Shown here: in pieces, positions 45,101 to 54,619 of the stretch
Layout of the letters: each line of letters opens with the position of its first letter
How positions within the stretch are numbered: the stretch's first letter is position 1
Source: Octopus sinensis
Lineage: Eukaryota
Assembly (NCBI RefSeq): GCF_006345805.1
Contig: NC_042999.1
Coordinates: 70,618,001-70,682,000, forward strand
Direction: 5' to 3'
Length of the DNA: 64,000 nucleotides
The notes under the pieces: generated by a model
What the model saw: the letters and a program-made list of their open reading frames with translations, nothing else
Database searches by the model: none
What the model was told of the DNA's origin: nothing
Position numbers and translations under genes: made by a program

Positions 45101-48100
45101 ATTTCAGGCCTTGTGCCTATAGTAGAGATGATTATTATTATTATTGACTCAGACTCGTTCTTATACCTGGTAGAATTTATGTGGGTAGCAGGTAATCTTA
45201 GCTATCCACAAGCTTTCAATAGTCTTTCAAGTGCTTAAGACCCTCCTGTCCTTAAAAGGCAAACTTTCCTAGAAGCTCTACAGATGCATTTTATTCCAAT
45301 TTCATTCAACCATTTGTCTATTTCTTTACTTACAGTTCCCAATACACCCATTATTATAAGTACAACTTTTACAGTTTTCATAGTCCAAATTCTTTTAATT
45401 TCAAATTTTAAAGGATTATATTTTTTGTTTGTTTTTCATCTTCTTTCTTAACAATCCTGTAATCAAACAGGCATGAAAGATCAATTAGTAAGCAGCTTTG
45501 TTTTATTATTATATAATTGTTCAACATTTGGTAGTTTGAGGCAAATTTCTACTGCTTCACTTGCTACACCTCCATGTTGCTGGGGTGTGAGCAGCATTGT
45601 GTGTTCTTTTCTGTTGTTGGGAATGTGCAAACTCTTCCCGGTATTGTATTGCAAGTTTTTTTGTCTTGAGGTGTGGTGCAGTCTTTTGTTGTATTACTGC
45701 TTGTATTGTGTGTTGAGTGTGTAATGTGTTGGTTACCTGGATTGCTGGTGGAAGTTTATTTCAGTGGATAATTGCTGTATAGAGGGTATCCTTTGTTTGT
45801 GGGTTGTTTTGTTTAAGTTGTATTATTCAATTGATAGTATCTTGTGTAGATTATTATTATTATTATTGCCAATTAGTATTTGACTGGCAAGTTTATGATT
45901 ATTGTTTTCTATCTACAGGAGAACGAAATAAAAAAGGTTGTTTAAATGTCCTTAAAACTTGTGCATTACTTAATAATTTACAAGATGCTACCAACTGTAG
46001 GAGAGGACAGGTAGGAATATCTTTTTATCAGTATATATGTGAATGTCTTGTTGTTACATCTTAGGTTCAGGGCATGACTTTAAACTGCATCCATTAGTGG
46101 GACTCTGGTTTAGGGATCCCAAGACTTTGAGGAGTGTGGAACCATCTCTTAGCCACTATTGTTCCCAAGTCTTCTTTGACCCAGATTAGTAGCACCTGTC
46201 AGGGTCCCAGTTATGGGTTAACTAGCATGTGTGATGGTATTCCATCTGTGTGTAGAGGCACAGAAATACCCTTGGTTGGTGTCAGGATGTGGAGTAAAAT
46301 CTCTAATGTAAATTTTATCTATTTACAAACAATCTATTTGCCAGAAATTTATAATTTCCATACTCAAATTAATATTACTTCTTTTAATTGAATGAGAGTC
46401 TTTTTAATCATTTTATGCTTCATCAAACTTTATAGTAAAATTATTCTGAATCTTCTAAATTATCTCTGTCTCTGGGCTTTAAAACTACTATTGTGCATGA
46501 CAACTTAATTTGATTCATTTAACCATCTAATGCTTTACTAATTACCATATTTTCTGGAATACAAGTTGAATTTTTCAGAACAACATATACAGCCAAAATA
46601 TTTAGGTCAACTTATACACAAACAAGACTTTAGAGGACCAAAAATTCCATGTGAAATACAGTAAAATTTTGAAAAATTGTGGCAATATTTGAGTGTTTAC
46701 ACTAGATACTATGTTGTCTTGTATGCCAGAAAATACAGTATATCATAATTATTACATTAATAAAACAAAATAAAAAGTATTTGTGAAGTATCAAACTTCA
46801 AAGATGAACTGAGATGGGGGTCAAGTCTCACAGAATGTCTTACTCCAGACTTTTTTAAAACCTTGCTACAATGGAAGAATGCATATTAATATGTTCATAA
46901 CATAGGTTTATGTGTAACTATTTTTTTCTTCTATATGGCAGGTAAAATTCTCCATCATGAAACCAGGTAGTCATGTATGGCCACATTGTGGTCCAACAAA
47001 TTGCCGTTTAAGAGCCCATCTTGGCTTAGTAATTCCTGATGGTGTTAAAATAAGAGTTGGCAATGAAACAAGGTAATGTTTGTTAACTTTTTTTTTTTTT
47101 AGATATTTCAGTAAATTGTTTGATATTTGTTTCATGAATCAAGTGATATAAAGTGCATTCTTCTTCCATGGCTTGGCATGTTTTTATATCAACATTGTCA
47201 GAAAATTGGAAATGAACAACACCACTTGTGACAGTGGTGCTCATTTACAACTACCACATAATGTTAAGACAAGGAAACACAAACACACCCATTCACTACT
47301 TGACACACTGTTGGTTTGTTTATGTCCCCATAACTTAGTACTTCAGTAAAAGTTGGCAAGGATGTTTGAACCAACAAAGAAACTTCTAATGTGGCAATTT
47401 GACCTGCTAAAAATAGAAACCAAATTTTCTTTAAATCACACCCTAATACCTTAAAAAAGAGGGACAAACTGGATAATTTAGTTACACAATACTCGAGAAA
47501 ATGACAGGAATGTCATAGTTGAAAGGCTTCTAAACATAGGTCTGTTCAGTCATAATTGACCTGGAGCTAAACAATAATGTACAATTACTTGGGATTGTTA
47601 TACATCAGTGCAGGCATGGCTGTGTGGTTAAAAAGTTCATTTCACAACCACAGTTTCAGGTTCAGTCCTACTGTGTTGCACCTTGGGCATACATCTGCTA
47701 TAGCTCTGGACTGACCAAAGTAATGTGAGTAGATTTAGTAGACAGAAACTGGAAGCCTATTGTATATGTGTGTGTGCCTTTGGATTTCCATGTCTGACCC
47801 TGTCATTGCCTCACCGAGGCAATGACTAGTGACCGAGACCTTTGGAGATATGCTGTGCTTAAGAAGACCCAACAAACCAAGTGAGACCATAACCCATGGC
47901 CTATGCCAGTGGTGTATTACCAGCCGACTTGAGTACCCTTCATTCATTGGACAATAAACTTTGTTTATGAACACTTGTTGAGGCAAGTGAAATCAAAATC
48001 GCTGACGTGGCATGTAAAAAAGCACCATTCAAGCGTGATTGTTGCCAGTGTTGCTTAACTGGCATATGATAAACAACATTCAAGTGTGGTTGTTGCCAGT

Positions 48101-48738
48101 GCTGTGTGACTGGCTCCCGTGCAGGTGGCACATAAAAAACACCTTTTGAGCATGGTTGTGGCCAGTACCACCTGACTGGCCCTCATGCTGGTGGCACGTA
48201 AAAGCACCCACTACACTCTTGGAGTGGTTGGCATTAGGAAGGGCATCCAGATCAGATTGGACCCTGGTGCAGCCTTCTGGCTTGCCAGTCCTCAGTCAAA
48301 CCATCCAACCCGTGCCAGCATGGAAAGCAGACGTTAAACAACGATGATGGTGACGATAATGTTGTACATACATTAAATCTATAGTGTGATAGCAGCTTTT
48401 GTCTACAAGCAGCTAACATCATTTGAAATAAATTGCATATTTTCACAAGTAGGAAAATAAAGATTTAACTTTGCTTTACTTAAAATTTCAGACACTGTCT
48501 ACAGTTCTGGATAGGCAAAGAAATATTTAATAATAAATATAAATTAACTAAATTAAAATATCTTGTATTTTCTTTTTATTCTCTCAGGCATTGGAAAGAA
48601 GGGGAATTTTTAATATTTGATGATTCTTTTGAACATGAAGTCTGGCATCAAGGAAATGAAAACCGAATTGTATTGATTGTCGATTTTTGGCATCCAGAAC
48701 TGACGGAACATGAAAAATCTGCACTATCACCAATTTAG
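5300..48738 (+). CDS. ASPH: Aspartyl/asparaginyl beta-hydroxylase, 3' part of gene (8 coding exons; 5' exons lie outside the window or were not recognised)
   Basis: Spliced exons 5300-5537, 11896-12032, 39285-39479, 40292-40429, 42850-42985, 45919-46010, 46942-47072, 48588-48738 join in frame with GT-AG introns. Translation has ASPH motifs [80 protein letters not shown]. Confidence 0.97.
6100..7270 (-). mobile_element. Degenerate RTE-clade LINE fragment (boundaries approximate)
   Basis: Minus-strand RT remnants [37 protein letters not shown] with stops and frameshifts. Confidence 0.75.
9084..9420 (+). mobile_element. tRNA-headed SINE (related head at ~52460-52720)
   Basis: A-box-like CTCTGTGGTTAGAGC and B-box-like GAGTTCAATTCC followed by a non-tRNA body. 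Confidence 0.6.
11896..12032 (+). CDS. ASPH: ASPH exon ([10 protein letters not shown]...[22 protein letters not shown])
   Basis: tgtag acceptor, CAG|gttagt donor, phase 1 in and phase 0 out; resembles ASPH FPNDTSLKNDLGVGYLLIGDNDNAKK. Confidence 0.93.
14725..14953 (-). mobile_element. SINE with ~21-bp target-site duplication
   Basis: Related to the family at 44926-45128 and 60374-60588; flanked by ATATGAGTATATATATATATA at 14704-14724 and 14954-14974. Confidence 0.85.
14961..16641. repeat. (TA)n/TATG compound microsatellite, ~1.7 kb
   Basis: Directly visible; source of spurious Y/I/M/C/V ORFs. Confidence 0.97.
16642..17838 (-). mobile_element. 5'-truncated CR1-type LINE (3' RT half) with (AATC)n tail
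   Basis: [42 protein letters not shown] on the minus strand. Confidence 0.92.
17839..20700. repeat. (TA)n/TATG compound microsatellite, ~2.9 kb
   Basis: Directly visible. Confidence 0.97.
20701..23578 (-). mobile_element. Near-complete ORF2 of a CR1-type LINE (APE endonuclease + RT), frameshifted, with TCAAAG(T)A-repeat tail
   Basis: APE motifs [33 protein letters not shown]; RT motifs [26 protein letters not shown]. Confidence 0.92.
23579..24241. repeat. (TA)n/TATG microsatellite
   Basis: Directly visible. Confidence 0.97.
24242..25027 (-). mobile_element. 5'-truncated CR1-type LINE with (AGGATTTA)n tail
   Basis: [47 protein letters not shown]. Confidence 0.92.
25028..27182. repeat. (TA)n/TATG compound microsatellite, ~2.2 kb
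   Basis: Directly visible. Confidence 0.97.
27700..28497 (+). mobile_element. Older degenerate CR1-type LINE 3' fragment
   Basis: Inverted homolog of 24242-25027 ([26 protein letters not shown]) with stops; ends in GGTGGTGCTCCAGCATGG...CTGAAAACTAG. Confidence 0.85.
28925..30080 (-). mobile_element. Degenerate RTE-type LINE 3' region (similar pieces ~27215-27700 - and ~43430-44480 +)
   Basis: Begins with the family 3' end (GCCCTTCCTAAC, TGCTTTTTAC) followed by a long purine-rich tract shared with the other pieces. Confidence 0.55.
30790..31790 (+). mobile_element. Degenerate RTE-type LINE RT fragment
   Basis: Remnants [18 protein letters not shown]...[22 protein letters not shown]. Confidence 0.7.
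32986..34205 (-). mobile_element. RTE-type LINE 3' end with expanded 67-bp tandem array and (ATG)n tail (other copies ~42335-42728 +, ~47790-48355 +, ~52723-53222 -, ~61157-61312 -)
   Basis: C-terminal RTE-like peptide [21 protein letters not shown] at the 5' truncation; near-identical terminal ~150 bp in all copies. Confidence 0.85.
34488..34797. mobile_element. Solo LTR (310 bp)
   Basis: Termini TGTTATG...CATAACA (7-bp inverted) flanked by perfect 5-bp direct repeat CAAAC (34483-34487, 34798-34802); internal AATAAA. Confidence 0.75.
37860..38554 (+). mobile_element. Defective mariner (DD34D) transposon, 3' part
   Basis: [45 protein letters not shown]; ends in TIR-like TTAATGACCTAATA. Confidence 0.9.
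38804..39016. repeat. Perfect fold-back palindrome, 101-bp arms, 11-nt loop
   Basis: 38804-38904 is the reverse complement of 38916-39016; no mismatch seen on manual reading. Confidence 0.95.
39285..39479 (+). CDS. ASPH: ASPH exon ([17 protein letters not shown]...[18 protein letters not shown])
   Basis: tttcag acceptor, AAG|gtaatt donor, 195 nt phase 0/0. Confidence 0.96.
40292..40429 (+). CDS. ASPH: ASPH exon (AKEVYDDG...[28 protein letters not shown])
   Basis: ctacag acceptor, GAG|gtttgt donor, 138 nt. Confidence 0.95.
42850..42985 (+). CDS. ASPH: ASPH exon ([12 protein letters not shown]...[18 protein letters not shown])
   Basis: tattag acceptor, G|gtaatc donor; absent from the ORF track; resembles ASPH LERNWKLIRDEG..ENLREKGDWSQFTL. 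Confidence 0.94.
45130..45800 (-). mobile_element. R4/Dong-like (restriction-like endonuclease) non-LTR fragment with (TAA)n tail
   Basis: Minus-strand [40 protein letters not shown], typical of the RLE C-terminus; ends at an (ATT)n run. Confidence 0.7.
45919..46010 (+). CDS. ASPH: ASPH exon ([18 protein letters not shown]...TNCRRGQ)
   Basis: ctacag acceptor, CAG|gtagga donor, phase 1 in and phase 0 out. Confidence 0.94.
46545..46738. mobile_element. Tc2/pogo-like MITE
   Basis: Imperfect TIRs CCATATTTTCTGGAATACAAG / CTTGTATGCCAGAAAATACAG, TA on both sides. Confidence 0.7.
46942..47072 (+). CDS. ASPH: ASPH catalytic exon ([32 protein letters not shown]...NETR)
   Basis: ggcag acceptor, AG|gtaatg donor; contains the first Fe-binding His (WPH). 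Confidence 0.97.
48588..48738 (+). CDS. ASPH: ASPH terminal coding exon ([19 protein letters not shown]...[16 protein letters not shown])
   Basis: Polypyrimidine tract plus ctcag acceptor; second Fe-binding His (FEHEVW); TAG stop at 48736-48738. Confidence 0.97.
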
Positions 48739-50652
48739 AATTTTAGCTTTTTTATATTATTATTTTTCTTTTTTCTTTCTTCTTTTTTTTTTTAGGATTC
48801 TAAATAATTGACAATGACTTGCCAAAATATTATTGAAATTAATTCTTCATCTTAGTTTTGGACAGAGATATTAAGTTTACTATTCATATTATTCATATTT
48901 GTTGCGGTGCATCTGAGCACTGTATACAATAATTTCATTATATATTTTGCTTTTCCATTCATATTCTTTCTACATTTTAAACCCCATGATATATATTTTT
49001 TTCTGTAAGGAAAAGAATTGTCTTTCAACTTTTTTTCATGTTTTTCAAGCATGGAAAATAACTTTAAAAAGAAAACTGGTTATACAAATAGTATATTAGA
49101 TCTAAGCATATCACATGTAAAGAACAAATCTAAGGTTTATGTACATTATGTATGTGGTGTATATATACATGTATGTATATAATGTGTATTTTCATGCATT
49201 GTTATATGCATGTATATGTGGCAACCCAGATTTCACAACCAAACCTAAAGTTTTTGTGCAAATGGTTTTGTTTGGCTGACTGTACTCATCAGTGGGCTGA
49301 AAATTGTGTGTGTATATGAGTATACACACATGCACGCATGCTCAAACAGACATACACACTAAAGGTGCTAACTAAATTTAGAAAACAATTTTTTCCTTGT
49401 CTATGAAAACCATGATACAGGCTTAATGAACGTTTAATTTTTTTTTTCCTCAACACAGTCGTCATATAAATTTCAATCAAAATCTCAGATTTTATACTTT
49501 TTGTTACATACTTCTCACTCCTGGATATTGCAAATAACAAATACTATACACACTTAACAAATATAAAATGATACTTTAAATATTAATTGTGATACATAAG
49601 TGTAAGAATGTGAGATGACACCATCTAAAGTGAGAATGTTAGAAGAGACTTGAGAATAGAAGGAAAATATAGCTACTGGAATTCTTTTAATTTGTTTTTA
49701 CTTAAGCCAGACACATACACACTCATATATATCTGTGTGTATAAACATAAACAAAATGTTTAATCTCTTACCGATATGTTTCAAACAACATTAAATAAGT
49801 AATTTTCTTGAAATATATTAGTTCTAGAATCACAGAATACTTATATTTTATTTGCTTTTATAGAATACTATAGATGCCACTGAAAATGTTTTTGTAGACC
49901 ATGTTAATATTTTTGTTTTCTACTCTTAATTGCTTTATATTGTTCTGAAAGATAATCCTTTACAAGGTATTTTACCTCACATTCCACATTTAGTTGAAGT
50001 TATAATAGATTAATTATACTAACTAAAATCAGTAACATCTTATAGCATTGGCATACTGGACAGTTACCTAAGGACCCCATAGGTTCCTGGGCAACTGCCC
50101 AGTGTGCTTATGCTGTCAAAAAGTATTATAGGACCCACTGCAATGGTCTTCCCAGGGGCCTATAATGCTGTTAAGATGTCCCTTACTAAAATATAGTTTT
50201 ACTTAAGCCTTCTTATCAACATCACCAGTTTTGAAAAAAAAAAAATAGATAGCAACAGTTATTATTATTGTTGTTTAACTCTTAGTCTGTTGTGATAAAA
50301 CAAACCTATGATCAAATACATTCTAGCCATGACTATCAAATTTTCTTTTCCAGACACACGTAAGATTGTATTATCTAATAACTCCTTCCACATTTTAAGA
50401 CAATAGAGTATAATTTGTTGGAGATTTAACTGTTATTTCTAGCAAGTCGAACAACACTATAAATTCCTTTGTTGGTTAAAGGTGGAGTTTGATTTCTCTT
50501 CATTTTTTTTTATCAGATATACTTCTGGAACATTTTGTTAACACCAGATCAGCTCCTTTTTTATTTCAAATTTCTGGATAAGGACCTGAAATTGCCTACA
50601 TTTTGCTATTTCATTTTAAAAACAGTAATAAATTTAAAACTACATAATCATC

Positions 50653-50835
50653 TTTTGTTGTGTCTAGGGAGAATCATCATACCAAAATAATTAACACACA
50701 CACTCGTTCAATTCCACTTGTTTATTAAAATATCTGATTGGGGGGGGGGGGGCAAATAAAATATTTAATAAATGAGTGGAATTGAATCAGTGTGTGTGTT
50801 AATTATATTGGTATGACTCTCCCTAGACAACAAAA
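50653..50835. repeat. Imperfect fold-back repeat, ~80-bp arms, G13-containing spacer
   Basis: 50653-50733 matches the reverse complement of 50761-50835 with a few substitutions and indels. Confidence 0.85.
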
Positions 50836-51053
50836 TTTGTTTCAACACACAAATTCATATAAAGAATCTTGCAAACCAGATACAAAAATGAAGTATATAA
50901 TCATCTATTTTAGAAATTAAAAAGTCTTAAAATAAGGATTTCTTTTTTGTTTAGATAGGGATCTAAACAAAAATTATGATATGGAAGTGTCATAATCATT
51001 TGAACCAGCCTTAGTATATTCTACATTTTAATTCCAGTTGCCAGGAAAGTATC

Positions 51054-51302
51054 TAATATTAAACAATTGAAGCGTGGAAGGTGTTTATAAGCCATTTAAG
51101 AAACACACAAAAACCGTTAGATTCACTTCAACATTTAAATTTAATTTGTCAAAATATTTTCAGCGCTTTGAGACCGCGACCTGTTCACTGACAAAATTCC
51201 GTGCTGACAAATTAAATTTAAATGTTGAAGTGAATCTAAAGGTTTTTGTGTGTTTCTTAAATGGCTTATAAATACCTTCCACGCTGCAATTGTTTAATAT
51301 TA
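51054..51302. repeat. Fold-back palindrome, 98-bp arms (3 mismatches), 53-nt spacer
   Basis: 51054-51151 versus 51205-51302. Confidence 0.95.
51145..51195 (-). ncRNA. Putative minimal type I hammerhead ribozyme (G3-C8 core variant)
   Basis: Minus strand: stem I UUUGUCA / core GUGAACA / imperfect stem II GG(U)CGC-GGUCUCAAA-GCGCU / GAAA / palindromic loop AUAU / UU / stem I' UGACAAA. Confidence 0.65.
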
Positions 51303-54300
51303 AAAATTGGTATATCCAATTATGTTACACTGCTAAATTCAGTGGCTGTTTAAGCAATGCTTGGGATGGTTTAATGGTTTGGATCTAGTGCTGAAGGAGC
51401 ATTAATTCCTGAAATATGCACACACACCCATTACCTATCTTTCTATCTTTGATTGCATTGTTTGCAGACACATTTATATATATGAAATGTCATAACTCTC
51501 AATGCTGGCACTAATTTCTATAGAAAATCTCTAAAGATAATTTTAAAAAGTGATTCTACATTTTATACATTAAAATACTGTTGTATAAAAATAATATCCT
51601 GCTATTTCAAATATTTTGAATATTCAGCAGACTTGTAAAAATTCTATGCTAAATCATGCAAAATAGCAGGCATCAATCCTACTTTTCCCAACTTGAAAGT
51701 ATTTAATATTGCTTAAGTATTTGTTACATTCTTAATATTTTATTTCCACTGCAATTAGTTTGGATTATTTAATTTCTGTTTTCAAGTGGTCACATTTAAA
51801 TTTTGTCTTTTCTCCACAATTATAACTCTTTGTTTTAATTATGAAGACATAATCAAAACCCAATGTACATTCAAAATATTAGATATATTTTCTAAATCCT
51901 ACAGTACATCAACTCATAAGAAAATTACAAATTGCCATTATCCCTAACCATGACATCTTTTCCCTCCATTCAGACGAGTCTGTTTCACAAAAATATTTTT
52001 TGTTTTTGTTGGTTTTTTTATCAGAATATATTTACAATTGAAAAAAAAAAAAAAAATGACAAGTAGAACAATTTTTCTATCATAAATTCAGTATATTGAA
52101 TTTATTTCTTCAGTTGCTTTTATAAATTTCTATAAAAATTTATTGTTTGTTGATTAATTTACTTTAATTTTTTTTTTTCATTTTCTTCATATACCTTAAC
52201 TAAACGCACATGTTGAAAATGGAATGCTTTTAACATAATGTGCAACTTAATCTTCTTAATTCGATATCTGGAAAACAGATATTAGTAAGAAAGGCAATTA
52301 TGCTAAAACTTTTACTATAATTATAAATGAAGTTACTCATTTATTTCTTCACCTCTTAATGATAATTTATTTAAATGCATTTAATATTACTCTTCAAATT
52401 TTGAAACTGGCACCTGCACATTTCATTTCTTATAAATATATATATGTATATATCATCAAGGGCACATGGCTTGGTGGTTAGGGTGTTGCATTCATGATCT
52501 AGTGATTCCTAGACTGGGTGGTGCATTGTGTTCTTGAGCAAAATACTTCACTTCGTGTTGCTCTGTGATCACTTTGACGCTTGTGCACCTATTCAGACAA
52601 TGTCAATTTGATGGAGAGGGTGAGCTAATGTGCAGCATGGACATTTGATCACTATAAACAAATCATATGTGCAGGTCGTTCAGCAAAAGCTGAATGCTCA
52701 TACATCATCTTCAACAGGAGAGTCATCATCATTGTTTAGCGTCCGTTTTCCATGCTAGCATGGGTTGGACGGTTCTACTGGGGTCTTTGAAGCCAGAAGG
52801 CTTCATCAGGCCCAGTCAAATCTGGCAGTGTTTCTACGACTGGATGCCCTTCCTAACGCCAACCACTCCGAGAGTGTAGTGGGTGCTTTTTACGTGCCAC
52901 CCGCACAGGTGCCAGACAGAGCTGGCAAACGGCCACGAACGGATGGTGCTATTTATGTGCCACCGGCACGAGGGCCAGGCGAGGCTGGCAACGGACACGA
53001 ACAGATGGTGCTTTTTACGTGCCATCGGCACGAGGCCAGCCGGGGCGGTGCTGGCAACGGTCGCGAAACGGAAGGTTCTCTTACATGCCACCGGCACTGG
53101 TAACACATCTGCAATTTCCATTGATCGATTTTGATTCTGATCCTCACTTGCCTCAACAGGTCTTCACAAGTAGAGTTTTGACATGCCACCGGCACTGGTA
53201 ACACATCTGCAATTTCCATTTCTATCATCATCCCATGCTAGCATAGGTTGAACAGTTCAGCATGATCTGTCTAACCAGAGGGCACCAACGTCCTCACTGA
53301 CAAGGTGTCTTCAGCTAGGTGCCTTTTCTAGTGCTGTCACAGGAGAAGCACCCAGTACACTCAGTACAATGGTTGACATTAGAAAAAACATTCAGCCATA
53401 GAAACTATGCCAAAGCAAATATTGGACACCTAGTGACACCAGCAGCATAAAAATTTAATAGGAAAATGAAAACTATCATCATTCATTCATGTAGTAAACC
53501 AATAAATTTTAATTAATCAAAATCATAGCTTCAATAATCACATCATAATATCACCGTTTAAAGTCTGTTTTCCATGCTGGCATGGTTGGATGGATCAACA
53601 GGAGCTGACAAGCTAGAGGAATGTGCCAAACCCCAATATCTGCTTTGGCATGGTTTCTATGGCTGATACCCTTCCTGATAACAATCACTTAACAGAGTAC
53701 ATCAGGTGCTTTCTACATGGCACTGGTACCAGTGAGGTCACAAGTAACTTGCAAGACAAAACTCAACTGAGGGGTGTAACAGATGTCTTGCTGTAGAGGA
53801 AATACATGGTTAAGAAGAATTATTTTCTATATGGTTAATTTTAGAAGGCTATTTTAATGAACTGGTACTTATTTTATGAACCCCAGTATGTTTTTATACT
53901 CAGAACAAGTAGGGATGTAACTAGGTACCCCACAGGCATTTTGTCTGTAGTTCTACCAATTCTGCCAAATAATAATTTACTATCATTTCAACATGATTTT
54001 AACATCTATTTTTTCATACTCCATGGGTCATACAGAATTTCTTGACAGATTTTCTGTAACCTGATGCCCTGCCTATCACCAACCCTCACATGTTTCCATG
54101 TAGGGTAATATTTCTCCATGACTAGACATGGAATACTGGAAATGAAAGATACTAACTGCATGAGGGTGACACTTATCTACAGCTATTATGCAAAGTCAAT
54201 ACATGTAGACAGAAACACATACACATATATATACAATGGTCTTCTCTCAGTTTCCATCTATCAAATCTACTCACAAGGTTTTGGTAGGACAGTGATTGCA

Positions 54301-54523
54301 GAAGTAGACACTTGCTCAAAGAGTAAAAAAAGAAAAAAGAAACATGTTTTTACTACAAAATGTTTAAAATTTATTGAAATTATCCTCAATGAGGAGGGAA
54401 AAAAAAAGAAAAAGAAGCAAAATTAATGTCAAATCAATGACAGCTTCAAAATGGAGCAAACACATTTTGTTGCTGAAAACAATGTTCATGATTCAATAAT
54501 CAAAAAGAATTGAAAGGAGTCTG

Positions 54524-54619
54524 CTACAATGAGCTTTTAGACTGCCCTTTTCCTTTCCCTTTTCCTTTTCCCTTTCCTTTACTAACATCCGTCTTCTCAG
54601 AACTTTTGTTTGCAGACTT
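54524..54619 (-). CDS. RFC1: RFC1 terminal coding exon (KSANKSSEKTDVS(KG)6QSKSSL*)
   Basis: T-rich tract plus tgcag acceptor, TAG stop; basic KGKG tail as in vertebrate RFC1. Confidence 0.88.
   Translation of the reverse strand, partial: KSANKSSEKTDVSKGKGKGKGKGKGQSKSSL

Noticed and set aside
50050-50185. GC-richer imperfect hairpin
   Set aside because: Looks like the decayed end of a small non-autonomous DNA transposon; no complete termini or TSD found
54542-54580. AAAGG/AAGGG-like run in RFC1 reminiscent of the human CANVAS repeat
   Set aside because: It is a coding hexamer-period KG repeat in the last exon, not an intronic pentamer expansion
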